Assembly: GCA_041398545.1 (NCBI GenBank)
Contig: JAWKUM010000016.1
Coordinates: 10,490-74,489 of the forward strand
Direction: 5' to 3'
Source: Planctomycetota bacterium
GTDB taxonomy: Bacteria > Planctomycetota > UBA1135 > GCA-002748355
DNA: 64,000 bases
Translations under genes and position numbers: made by a program
Part shown: piece by piece, positions 51,473 to 59,823 of the stretch
Numbering within the stretch: position 1 is the first letter of the stretch
How the letters are laid out: every line of letters begins with the position of its first letter
Notes under the pieces: model-generated
Told to the model about the DNA's origin: nothing
The model's database searches: none
What the model saw: only the letters and a program-made list of their open reading frames with translations

Positions 51473-52192
51473 ATGTCCCCGAGCGCCAAGGTCCTGCTCG
51501 AGCTGCGCGGCGTCCACAAGTCGTTCCGCATGGGCGAGCTCACGGTCGAGGTCCTGCGCGGCGTCGACCTCGAGGTCTACGCGGGCGAGATCGCCGTCGT
51601 GCTCGGCTACTCGGGCTCGGGCAAGACGACGCTGCTCAACATCATGGGCGCCCTCGACCGACCGAGCGCCGGCACGGTCCTGTTCGAGGGCTGGGACCTC
51701 GGCCTCCTCGACGAGGGCGCGCTGGCCGAGCACCGCCGCCAGAACCTCGGGTTCGTGTTCCAGCTCTACAACCTGATCCCCACGCTGACCGCCGCCGAGA
51801 ACGTCGCCGTCGCGACCGAGGGGGTCGAGGGCGGCCCGATGGATCCGCGCGAGGCCCTCGGCCTCGTCGGCCTCGCCGAGCGCGGCGACAGCTTCCCGGC
51901 CCAGCTCTCCGGCGGCGAGCAGCAGCGGGTCGCGATCGCCCGCGCGATCGCGCGCAAGCCGGAGCTCCTGCTCTGCGACGAGGTCACCGGCGCCCTCGAC
52001 TCGACGACCGGGCGGCTCGTGCTCGAGACGCTCGTCCGGCTCAACGAGCGCATCGGATCGACGATCGTCATGATCACCCACGCGCGGCCGATCGCGGCCC
52101 TGGCCGACCGCGTCCTGCGCATCGACTCGGGCCGGATCGTCGAGGTCCGGGCCAACGAGCGCCGGGCGGCCGTCGCGGAGGTGGACTGGTGA
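51473..52192 (+). CDS. ABC transporter ATP-binding protein (MacB/LolD-type)
   Basis: 239-aa tail of ORF 51308-52192 from ATG 51473. Walker A: GYSGSGKTTLLN. Q-loop: FVFQLYNL. Signature: LSGGEQQRVAIARA. Walker B: LLLCDE. Confidence 0.9.
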   Translation: MSPSAKVLLELRGVHKSFRMGELTVEVLRGVDLEVYAGEIAVVLGYSGSGKTTLLNIMGALDRPSAGTVLFEGWDLGLLDEGALAEHRRQNLGFVFQLYNLIPTLTAAENVAVATEGVEGGPMDPREALGLVGLAERGDSFPAQLSGGEQQRVAIARAIARKPELLLCDEVTGALDSTTGRLVLETLVRLNERIGSTIVMITHARPIAALADRVLRIDSGRIVEVRANERRAAVAEVDW

Positions 52193-52217
52193 GGCCCGGG
52201 GCCCAGGAGGACCGCCG

Positions 52218-54596
52218 GTGACGGTGCTCAACCGCAAGCTCCGGCGGCAGGTGCGCGAGTCCAGGGGGCTCCTGGCGTCGATCGTGCTGATCCTGTCGAT
52301 CGGGGTCGCCTGCCTCGTCGGCATGCTCGCGACGTGGCGCAACCTCGACCGCGCCCTCGACGACTACTATGCGCGCTGCCGCATGGCCGACTTCTGGGTC
52401 GACCTCGACCGGGCCCCGGTCCCCGACCTGCGCGAGGCCTGCGCCGTCGACGGCGTGGCCGAGGTCCGCGACCGGCTGCAGTTCCCGGTCACGGTCGAGG
52501 GGCTCGATGGCGAGCGCCAGGTCGAGGGCCTCGCGCTGAGCCTCCCGGCCGCGCCGCACCCGGTGCTGTGCGGCGTGCAGCTCGTCCGGGGCCACTGGTT
52601 CGACGGCGAGAGCCGCGACGAGGTCATCGTCTCGGACAAGTTCGCCGAGGCCCGTGGCCTCGGGCCGGGCGACGAGGTCGACCTCGTCCTCGACGGCCGG
52701 CAGGAGCGCTTCCGCGTCGTCGGCACGGCCCTCTCGGCCGAGCACGTCTACCTGCTGCCGCCCGGCGACCTCGCCCCCGACCCGCGCCACTACGGCTTGT
52801 TCTTCCTGCCGCGGCAGCGGCTGGCCGAGCTGATCGACCGCGAGGGCGCGGCCAACTCGATCGTCGGTCGCTTCACGCCCGAGGGGGCGCGGGAGCCCGA
52901 GGCCGTGCTCGACGACCTCGCCCGCCGCCTCGACGACTTCGGCGTGTTCGCCGCCTACCCGCGCGCGGACCAGCCGAGCCACGTCGCGATCAGCTCCGAG
53001 ATGAAGCAGCTGCGGAGCTTCGCCGTGTGGCTGTCGACGATCTTCTTCTCCGTCGCGGTCCTCGTCCTGGTGGTCCTGATGTCCCGGACCGTGCAGCGCG
53101 AGCGGACGCTGATCGGCACGCTCCTCGCCCTCGGCACGCCGCGCCGCACCCTCGCCCTGCACTACGTCGGCCTCGGCCTCGTCGTCGGCCTCGCCGGGGC
53201 GGCGGTCGGCTGCGTCCTGGGCCAGTGGATCTCGTCGGCGGTGACGACGATGTACCGCGGCTTCTTCGAGTTCCCGGCCCTCGACCCGCGGCTCTACCCC
53301 GATCTGCTGGCGCTGGCCACGGCCTGCGCCGCCGGCTGCGCCGGGCTCGGCGCCCTCGTCGGCATGCGCGCGGTGTTCCGGCTGCGGCCGGCCGAGGCCA
53401 TGCGCCCGGCCCCGCCGGAGCGCGGGGGCCGGGTCTGGCTCGAGCGCGTCGCGTGGCTGTGGGCGCGGCTCCCGGCGCGCAGCCGCATGGTCCTGCGCAA
53501 CCTCGGTCGCCACCCGATGCGCACGTCGGTCGGCGTGCTCGCCTCGGCCCTGGCCTGCGCGATCGTCGTCCTGGCGCTCGGCTGGGTCGACGTGCTCGAC
53601 GACATGCTGGCGTTCCAGTTCGACAAGGTGCAGCGCGCCGACGTCTCGCTGACGCTGGCCGACGAGCGCGACCGGGCCGCCGTCGACGAGCTCCGCCGCC
53701 TGCCCGGCGTCCTCCACGCGGAGGGCAGCTCGGCCGTCGCCTGCGTGTTCGAGCATGGAGCCCGGCGCAGGCGCGGCGCCGTGCAGGGCATCCACCGCGA
53801 CGCCGAGCTGACCGTGCCCCACGACGCCGCCGGCGCCCGGGTCCCGGTCCCGGCGACCGGCCTGCTGATGACCGAGCGCCTCGCCGCCCAGCTCGGCGTC
53901 GGCGAGGGCGACGTCCTGACGGTCCGCGAGGTCGCCGGCGAGCGCCGCCAGGTCGAGGCGCGGATCGCCCGCGTCGTGCAGACCTACATCGGCATGGCCG
54001 TCTACGCGGACTTCGACTGGCTCGAGCGGGCGCTGGGGCGGACCGGCACCGTCGCGCAGGTCGACCTCGCGACCGGGCGGGACCCCGCCGAGCGCCGCGC
54101 CCTCCTCGCCGAGCTGCGCCGCCGGCCCGGCGTCCAGGCCGTGCAGGAGACCTCGTTCGTCCAGCGCCGCGTCGAGGAGGAGTTCCTCGACCTGATGTAC
54201 GTGTTCCTCGGGGTCTACGTCCTGTTCGCCGGCGCGATCCTGCTCGGCACGGTCCTGACCGTGTCGTGGATCGCGGTGGCCGAGCGCCAGCGCGAGATCG
54301 CGACCCTGCGCGCGATCGGCTGGCGCGCGCGCGAGGTCGCCCGCAGCTTCCTGCTGGAGAGCCTCGCCGTGACCCTCGCCGGCGCCGTGCCCGGGCTCCT
54401 GCTCGGGCAGGGCCTGATGGACCTCATGGCCCGGTCGTTCCAGAACGACCTGTTCTCGATGCCGAGCCGGATCGCGGGGGCGACGTTCGTCCACGCCCTG
54501 GGCCTCGCCGTGCTGTTCGTGTTGGTCGCGCACGCCCTCGTGGGGCGGAGCATCCGCCGCCTGTCCTGGGTCGCGGAGCTCGGAGCCAAGGAGTGA
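52218..54596 (+). CDS. ABC transporter permease with two FtsX-type domains
   Basis: 792-aa ORF with a GTG start and AGGAGG at 52205-52210. An N-terminal TM helix plus periplasmic domain plus 3 TM helices occurs twice. Confidence 0.85.
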   Translation: MTVLNRKLRRQVRESRGLLASIVLILSIGVACLVGMLATWRNLDRALDDYYARCRMADFWVDLDRAPVPDLREACAVDGVAEVRDRLQFPVTVEGLDGERQVEGLALSLPAAPHPVLCGVQLVRGHWFDGESRDEVIVSDKFAEARGLGPGDEVDLVLDGRQERFRVVGTALSAEHVYLLPPGDLAPDPRHYGLFFLPRQRLAELIDREGAANSIVGRFTPEGAREPEAVLDDLARRLDDFGVFAAYPRADQPSHVAISSEMKQLRSFAVWLSTIFFSVAVLVLVVLMSRTVQRERTLIGTLLALGTPRRTLALHYVGLGLVVGLAGAAVGCVLGQWISSAVTTMYRGFFEFPALDPRLYPDLLALATACAAGCAGLGALVGMRAVFRLRPAEAMRPAPPERGGRVWLERVAWLWARLPARSRMVLRNLGRHPMRTSVGVLASALACAIVVLALGWVDVLDDMLAFQFDKVQRADVSLTLADERDRAAVDELRRLPGVLHAEGSSAVACVFEHGARRRRGAVQGIHRDAELTVPHDAAGARVPVPATGLLMTERLAAQLGVGEGDVLTVREVAGERRQVEARIARVVQTYIGMAVYADFDWLERALGRTGTVAQVDLATGRDPAERRALLAELRRRPGVQAVQETSFVQRRVEEEFLDLMYVFLGVYVLFAGAILLGTVLTVSWIAVAERQREIATLRAIGWRAREVARSFLLESLAVTLAGAVPGLLLGQGLMDLMARSFQNDLFSMPSRIAGATFVHALGLAVLFVLVAHALVGRSIRRLSWVAELGAKE

Positions 54597-54600
54597 GCCG

Positions 54601-55929
54601 ATGAAGCGCACGCTCGTGTGGATCGCCGTCGTCCTCGTCGCCGCCGCGGCCCTCGTGCTGCCGCGGCTCCTCGAGTCCCTCCAGGTCACGACGGCGGAGG
54701 TGCGGCAGGGCCGCGTCCGCGCCTGGGTCGAGGAGCGGGCGGAGACGTCGCTGCCGCGGGTCTGGCACGTCACGATGCCGGTCGACGGCAGGGTCCTGCC
54801 GATCACGCTCGAGGCGGGCGACCCGGTCGCGAGGGACCAGGTCGTCGCGCGGCTGGACCCGGCCGACCTCGACACGCGGCTGGCCGTCGCCGAGGCCGAG
54901 CTCGCGGGCATCGGGACCGACCTCGAGCTCAACGCGCGCAAGAACTTCGAGGAGCTGACCCTCGTCGAGTACGGCTCCCTGCTCGAGGCCGTCGACCGGG
55001 TCGTGCAGGCCTCGCGCGAGAAGGAGAAGGCCAGCGCGGCCCGCGTCGGGTTCGCCGACAAGGCCCTGCGGTCCAAGCTCGAGAGCTATGAGAAGAACGC
55101 GACCTCCGGCCTCGAGCTGTGGCAGGCCGAGCTCGACAAGGCCGAGTCCGACGTCGGCCTGACCAACGACCGCCTCGTGACGAGCGCGCTGCTGGCGATG
55201 CGGGCCGCGTTCACGATGTACCCGAGCTACGTCAACGAGTACGTCGAGCGCAAGGCGGTCGGCCGCAGCGGGCTCCTCGCCGACCAGGCCGGGGCCCGGG
55301 CGCGGCTGGAGCAGGCCCGGCGCGACCGCGGGCGGGTCGAGGTGCGGAGCCCGATCGAGGGGGTCGTGCTCGCGCGGCACCACGACGAGGAGCGCGTGCT
55401 CGCGGCCGGCACGCCCCTGCTCGACCTCGGGCGGCGCGCCGAGCTCGAGGTCACGGCCGAGCTGCTGTCGCAGGAGGCGCTGGGCGTGCGGCCGGGGATG
55501 CCGGTCGAGCTGTTCGGGGCCGGGCTCGAGGGCCACGCCCTGAGCGGCAAGGTCCTGCGCGTCGGGCCGCGGGCCTTCACCAAGCTCAGCTCGCTCGGCG
55601 TCGAGGAGCAGCGCGTCGAGGTGCGGATCTCGATCGACGCGCTGCCGCCGATGGACGAGCTCCCGCTCGGCGTCGGCTACCGGCTGCGGGCCCGGATCTT
55701 CATCGGCGAGGCCGACGGCGCCCTCGCCGTCCCGCGCCGCGCCCTGCTGCGCGGGGACGGCGGCCGGTCGCAGGTCTTCGTCGTCGAGGCGGGGCATGCC
55801 CGCCTCGTCGACGTCGAGCTCGGCCTCGTCAACGACGACGAGGCCCAGGTCCGCGCCGGCCTGGCCGCCGGCGCCCGCGTCGTGCTGTCCCCGCCGTCCA
55901 AGCTCGAGGACGGCATGCGCGTCCGGTGA
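54601..55929 (+). CDS. HlyD family periplasmic adaptor subunit
   Basis: 442-aa ORF with a signal anchor (LVWIAVVLVAAAALVL), a lipoyl-like segment (GDPVARDQVVARLDP), a coiled-coil middle and a C-terminal beta-barrel (RARIFIGEADGALAVP). Confidence 0.85.
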   Translation: MKRTLVWIAVVLVAAAALVLPRLLESLQVTTAEVRQGRVRAWVEERAETSLPRVWHVTMPVDGRVLPITLEAGDPVARDQVVARLDPADLDTRLAVAEAELAGIGTDLELNARKNFEELTLVEYGSLLEAVDRVVQASREKEKASAARVGFADKALRSKLESYEKNATSGLELWQAELDKAESDVGLTNDRLVTSALLAMRAAFTMYPSYVNEYVERKAVGRSGLLADQAGARARLEQARRDRGRVEVRSPIEGVVLARHHDEERVLAAGTPLLDLGRRAELEVTAELLSQEALGVRPGMPVELFGAGLEGHALSGKVLRVGPRAFTKLSSLGVEEQRVEVRISIDALPPMDELPLGVGYRLRARIFIGEADGALAVPRRALLRGDGGRSQVFVVEAGHARLVDVELGLVNDDEAQVRAGLAAGARVVLSPPSKLEDGMRVR

Positions 55930-55945
55930 GCGGGCGCGCCGCCGC

Positions 55946-56779
55946 TCAGCGCCCCTTCCAGCGCGGCTTCTCCCTGGCGGTGAAGGCGCGGTGGAACTCG
56001 GCGAAGTCCTCGCTCGACATGAGGTGGGCCTGGGTCATGGCCTCGAGCTCGAGGGCCCCGTGGAGGTCGAGGTCGAGCTCGCGGGACAGGAGGCGCTTGG
56101 TGTTGGCGTAGGCCTCGACCGGGCCGGTGGCGAGGCGGTCGGCCAGGGCGCGGACCGCGACCTCGAGCTCGTCGTCGGAGTGGACGGCGTTGCACAGCCC
56201 GACCTCGTACGCGCGGCGGGCGTCGATCCGGTCGCCGAGCATCAGGAGCTCGGTCGCGCGGGCGAAGCCGACGAGGCGCGGCAGGAGGTAGGCGCTGCCC
56301 ATGTCGCCGCCGCTGAGGCCGACCTTGGTGAACAGGAACGCGAAGCTGCCCGACTCGCCGAGCAGGCGGAAGTCGCTGGCCAGGGCCAGGACCGAGCCGG
56401 CCCCGGCCGCGACGCCGTGGACCTGGGCGATGACCGGCTGGGGCATCTCGCGCAGGTTCTGGACGACCTGGCAGGTCATCCGCGTGAACTCGAGCCGCGT
56501 CGTCGGGTCCATGCCGAGCAGCGGGCCGATGATCTCGTGCACGTCGCCGCCCGAGCAGAAGCCCTTGCCCCGGCCGCGCAGCACGAGGACCTTGACCTCC
56601 TCGCGGCGGTTGGGCAGCTCGGCCGTGAGGTCGCGGAGGTCGGCGTAGACGTCGAAGGTGATCGCGTTGAGCTTGTCCGGCCGCGTGAACGTCAGGGTCG
56701 CGACGCCGAGGTCGTCGACCTCGAGGTCGAAGTGCTTCCACGTGCGCGTCGGCTTGGCCGAGGCTCGGAATCGGGTCAT
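55946..56779 (-). CDS. enoyl-CoA hydratase/isomerase family protein
   Basis: 277-aa ORF: KGFCSGGDV, QVHGVAAGAGSVLALASD, GLSGGDMGSAYLLPRLVG. Confidence 0.9.
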   Translation of the reverse strand: MTRFRASAKPTRTWKHFDLEVDDLGVATLTFTRPDKLNAITFDVYADLRDLTAELPNRREEVKVLVLRGRGKGFCSGGDVHEIIGPLLGMDPTTRLEFTRMTCQVVQNLREMPQPVIAQVHGVAAGAGSVLALASDFRLLGESGSFAFLFTKVGLSGGDMGSAYLLPRLVGFARATELLMLGDRIDARRAYEVGLCNAVHSDDELEVAVRALADRLATGPVEAYANTKRLLSRELDLDLHGALELEAMTQAHLMSSEDFAEFHRAFTAREKPRWKGR

Positions 56780-56837
56780 GGCTCGCTCCGCTGTCGTCTG
56801 GCCGGGGTGGGGCGGTCCGCGCCCGGCCCCGCGCCGG

Positions 56838-57587
56838 TCAATGCTGCAGCCCGCCGCCGTCGAGGACCAGGGCCTGGCCGTTGATGCAGGCCGCCGGCTC
56901 CGAGGCCAGGAACTCGACCGCGGCCGCGACCTCGTCGGGCCGGACGAAGCGGCCGAGCGGGCTCATGCGCTCGAGGGTTCCGCGTGCCTCGTCCTCGGAC
57001 TTGCCGGTCTTGGCCGCGACGTTGGCGACCGACCGGGCCGCCATGTCGGTGTCGACGAAGGTCGGGCAGACGGCGTTGACCGTGATCCCGGTCCCGGCGA
57101 CCTCGCTGGCCAGCACGCGCACGAGGCCGAGGGCCGCGTGCTTGCTCGCCGTGTAGGCGCCGGTGTAGGGCACGCCGCGCAGGCTCGCCGTCGAGGCGAC
57201 GACGATGACGCGGCCGCGGCCGCGGGCGCGCAGGAGCGGCAGCGCGGCGCGCATGCCGAGGAACACGCCGGTCGCGTTGACCTCCATGATGCGCTCGAAG
57301 CCCGCGAGGTCCTGCTTCTCGATCGGCTTGGACCCGGCGACGCCGGCGTTGAGCACGCAGACCTCGAGGTCGTCGAGGCCGGCGAACCCGGCCGCGACCG
57401 AGGCCTCGTCGTCGACGGCGAGCCGGCGCCAGTCGCAGCCGAGCGCCTCGGCCGCCGCGGTCAGGGCCGCCTCGTCGCGGCCGGTGACGACGACGCGGTC
57501 GCCGAGGGCGACGAAGCGCGCGGCGATCGCGCGTCCGATGCCCTTGGCCCCGCCGGTGATCAGGACCCTGCGCATGCCCGGGATCAT
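56838..57587 (-). CDS. SDR family oxidoreductase
   Basis: 249-aa ORF: ITGGAKGIGRAIA, NAGV, YTASKHAALGL. Confidence 0.9.
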   Translation of the reverse strand: MIPGMRRVLITGGAKGIGRAIAARFVALGDRVVVTGRDEAALTAAAEALGCDWRRLAVDDEASVAAGFAGLDDLEVCVLNAGVAGSKPIEKQDLAGFERIMEVNATGVFLGMRAALPLLRARGRGRVIVVASTASLRGVPYTGAYTASKHAALGLVRVLASEVAGTGITVNAVCPTFVDTDMAARSVANVAAKTGKSEDEARGTLERMSPLGRFVRPDEVAAAVEFLASEPAACINGQALVLDGGGLQH

Positions 57588-57635
57588 GGAGCACCGGCCG
57601 CAGCCGGGTCAGCGCATTTTCCGGTCCAGCCGAGC

Positions 57636-57729
57636 CGGACTGCCATTCCGTCAGGAAACTGTTCCGTTCCGAGGGGGCCGACCGGAAGGGTATCGCGGGA
57701 AACCATTCCCTCGATGTGTCTGAGACCTA
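57636..57729 (-). repeat. copy B of the ~95-nt dispersed element, beginning at the TAG stop of the flavoenzyme gene
   Basis: The reverse complement reads TAGGTCTCAGACACATCGAGGGAATGGTTTCCCGCGATACCCTTCCGGTCGG…GGAACGGAACAGTTTCCTGACGGAATGGCAGTCC and aligns with 22714-22807. Confidence 0.6.
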
Positions 57730-59184
57730 GGGGAAGGAAAGCGGGGGGGTGGGGGGGCCGCGGCGGCCGGCGGCGTCGTAGGGCTGGACGTAGTAGACGT
57801 AGCGGTGGCCGGACAGGAGCGTGTCGTCGAAGCGATGGAGCTGCTGCGTCGCGTCGAGGCGCTCGAACTCGAAGCCCTCCTCGGCCCGGTAGACGTCGTA
57901 GCCGAGGACCTCGCCCTCGGCGGCGGGCCAGCGCAGGCGCAGGCCGCCCTTGGCCGGCTCGGCCGTCAGCGGCTGGGCCGGCGCCGCCGGCCAGGCGATC
58001 GCCGCCCGCTCGACCTCGCCCGGGCGCGGGCCGTGCTCGGCCTCGGGCGGCCACAGGTAGCAGCGGACCTTGCGGAAGTTCTCGTCGAGGCTCTTGCAGA
58101 CGTTGCAGTAGATGCAGCGCACGATGTCGTCGGCCCGGCCGGCCAGGGCCTTGGCCGGCCAGTAGGGGTCGGCGAGGAGCGAGCGGGCGCAGCCGACGAG
58201 GTCGCAGCGCCCCTCGCGCAGGATCCGCTCGGCGAGCTCGGGGCCGGGGACCTTGCCGGCGCCGACGACGGGCGTCGCGTGGCCGTGGCGGCGCAGGCCG
58301 GCGCGCACGCCCTCGGCCATGTAGAGGTTGAACAGGTCCGGGTACTGGGCGCCGGGCATGCAGCGGTCGCCGGAGTAGCCGGTGTACGGGTACAGCGGGT
58401 GGCCCGGCCGGTGGATCGCGTCCTCGAACTTGCCGCCGGCCGACAGCGACACGTAGTGGACGCCGAGCTCGGCGAAGCGCCGCGCGAAGGCCACGGCGTC
58501 GGGGACCGAGTAGCCGCTCTTGATGCACTCCTCGGCGTCGAAGCGGACGCCGACCCCGAAGCCCGCCGGCACGGCCGCGAGCACGCGGCGCACGACCTCG
58601 GACGGCAGCCGCAGGCGGTTGTCGAGCGAGCCGCCGTAGTCGTCGCCGCGCCGGTTCCGGCGCGAGAGCAGCGAGCTCATCGTGTAGGCGTGGGCCATGT
58701 GCAGCTCGACGCCGTCGAAGCCCGCCGCGGCGGCCCTGAGCGCGGCGGCCGCGAACAGGTCGGGCAGGGCCTCGAGCTCGTCGGCCGGGAGCTCCCCGAT
58801 CCGCTGGCGCCAGCCGGAGCGGGCGACCTTGAGGAAGTGGATGATCTGCAGGTAGACCTTGCCGGGGCCGCCGGCGTGGACGGCGTCGGCCAGCCGCGCG
58901 AGCCCCGGCACGAAGCCGTCGTCCGAGGCCCGCAGCAGCGGGCCCGAGCGCGCCCCGTGCACGGCCGAGGCCTCGACGACGATGAGCCCGGCCCCGCCCT
59001 CGGCGAAGCGCCGGTAGCGCTCCACGACGGCGTCGTTGACGTGGCCGTCCTCGCCCGACAGGCGCGTGACCATCGCCGTCACGACGACGCGGTTGGGCAG
59101 GGTCACGGGGCCGACGGCCAGCGGCGTGAACAGCAGGCCGGGGCCCGCGTCGGTCGCCTGGTCCTGCCGGTCGGGCTCGCTCAT
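57727..59184 (-). CDS. OYE-family NADH:flavin oxidoreductase with 4Fe-4S-type Cys motif and C-terminal Fn3-like domain
   Basis: 485-aa tail of ORF 57727-59781 from ATG 59184. TIM-barrel blocks: LPNRVVVTAM, GLIVVEA, GFDGVELHMAHAY. Cys motif: CIYCNVCKSLDENFRKVRC. The last ~100 aa are GLRLRWPAAEGEVLGYDVYRAEE…YVYYVQPYDAAG. Confidence 0.8.
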   Translation of the reverse strand: MSEPDRQDQATDAGPGLLFTPLAVGPVTLPNRVVVTAMVTRLSGEDGHVNDAVVERYRRFAEGGAGLIVVEASAVHGARSGPLLRASDDGFVPGLARLADAVHAGGPGKVYLQIIHFLKVARSGWRQRIGELPADELEALPDLFAAAALRAAAAGFDGVELHMAHAYTMSSLLSRRNRRGDDYGGSLDNRLRLPSEVVRRVLAAVPAGFGVGVRFDAEECIKSGYSVPDAVAFARRFAELGVHYVSLSAGGKFEDAIHRPGHPLYPYTGYSGDRCMPGAQYPDLFNLYMAEGVRAGLRRHGHATPVVGAGKVPGPELAERILREGRCDLVGCARSLLADPYWPAKALAGRADDIVRCIYCNVCKSLDENFRKVRCYLWPPEAEHGPRPGEVERAAIAWPAAPAQPLTAEPAKGGLRLRWPAAEGEVLGYDVYRAEEGFEFERLDATQQLHRFDDTLLSGHRYVYYVQPYDAAGRRGPPTPPLSFP

Positions 59185-59246
59185 GCGCCCGAGCCTACCC
59201 GGCCCGGAGCTCCCGCTGCCACCACCGGCTGCCCGGAGGTCGCCGG

Positions 59247-59753
59247 CTACCCGTCGACCCGGAACGGGGTCGCGGGGTCGTCCTCGTGCCGGTACTCGTC
59301 GACCGGCTCCTTCTTGCCCTCGCCGGCGTAGAGGCGGTTGGGCAGGTTGATGACCGTGCTCGTCGTCGAGCTGATGCACTTGTAGGCGTGCACGACGCCC
59401 TTGGGCACGATGACCGACGCCGGGTTGTCGGCCCCGACGAACAGGACCATCTTGTTCCAGTAGCTCTGCCTGTCGGGGCGGTTGTCCCACAGGACGAGCT
59501 TGAAGTTGCCGGGGCCGAGGAAGACGAAGTTGTCGGCCTGGTCCTCGTGCTCGTGCGGGCCGCGGACCGTTTCGGGCTCGGTCACCGACAGGTAGCTCAT
59601 CGTCGGCCGGTAGTCGGGGTCCGGCAGCTCGTCGTCGCGGTAGAGCTCGGCCAGCCAGCCGCGCTCGTCGACCCACTTGGCGAGCTTCTTGACGTGGACG
59701 TCCTCGATGGGGCCCTTGGTGAACGGTCGGTCGGGGAAGTCGCGGTTGGCCAT
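59247..59753 (-). CDS. dTDP-4-dehydrorhamnose 3,5-epimerase-like cupin (RmlC/WxcM-type)
   Basis: 168-aa ORF: DERGWLAELYR, VRGPHEH, NFVFLGPG, VPKGVVHAY. Confidence 0.75.
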   Translation of the reverse strand: MANRDFPDRPFTKGPIEDVHVKKLAKWVDERGWLAELYRDDELPDPDYRPTMSYLSVTEPETVRGPHEHEDQADNFVFLGPGNFKLVLWDNRPDRQSYWNKMVLFVGADNPASVIVPKGVVHAYKCISSTTSTVINLPNRLYAGEGKKEPVDEYRHEDDPATPFRVDG

Positions 59754-59823
59754 CTGCTGTCGCTCCGGTCGGCCCGGCCACGCTAGCTGGTCGCGGCCCC
59801 CCGGTCCACCGATCGGCCCGGGG

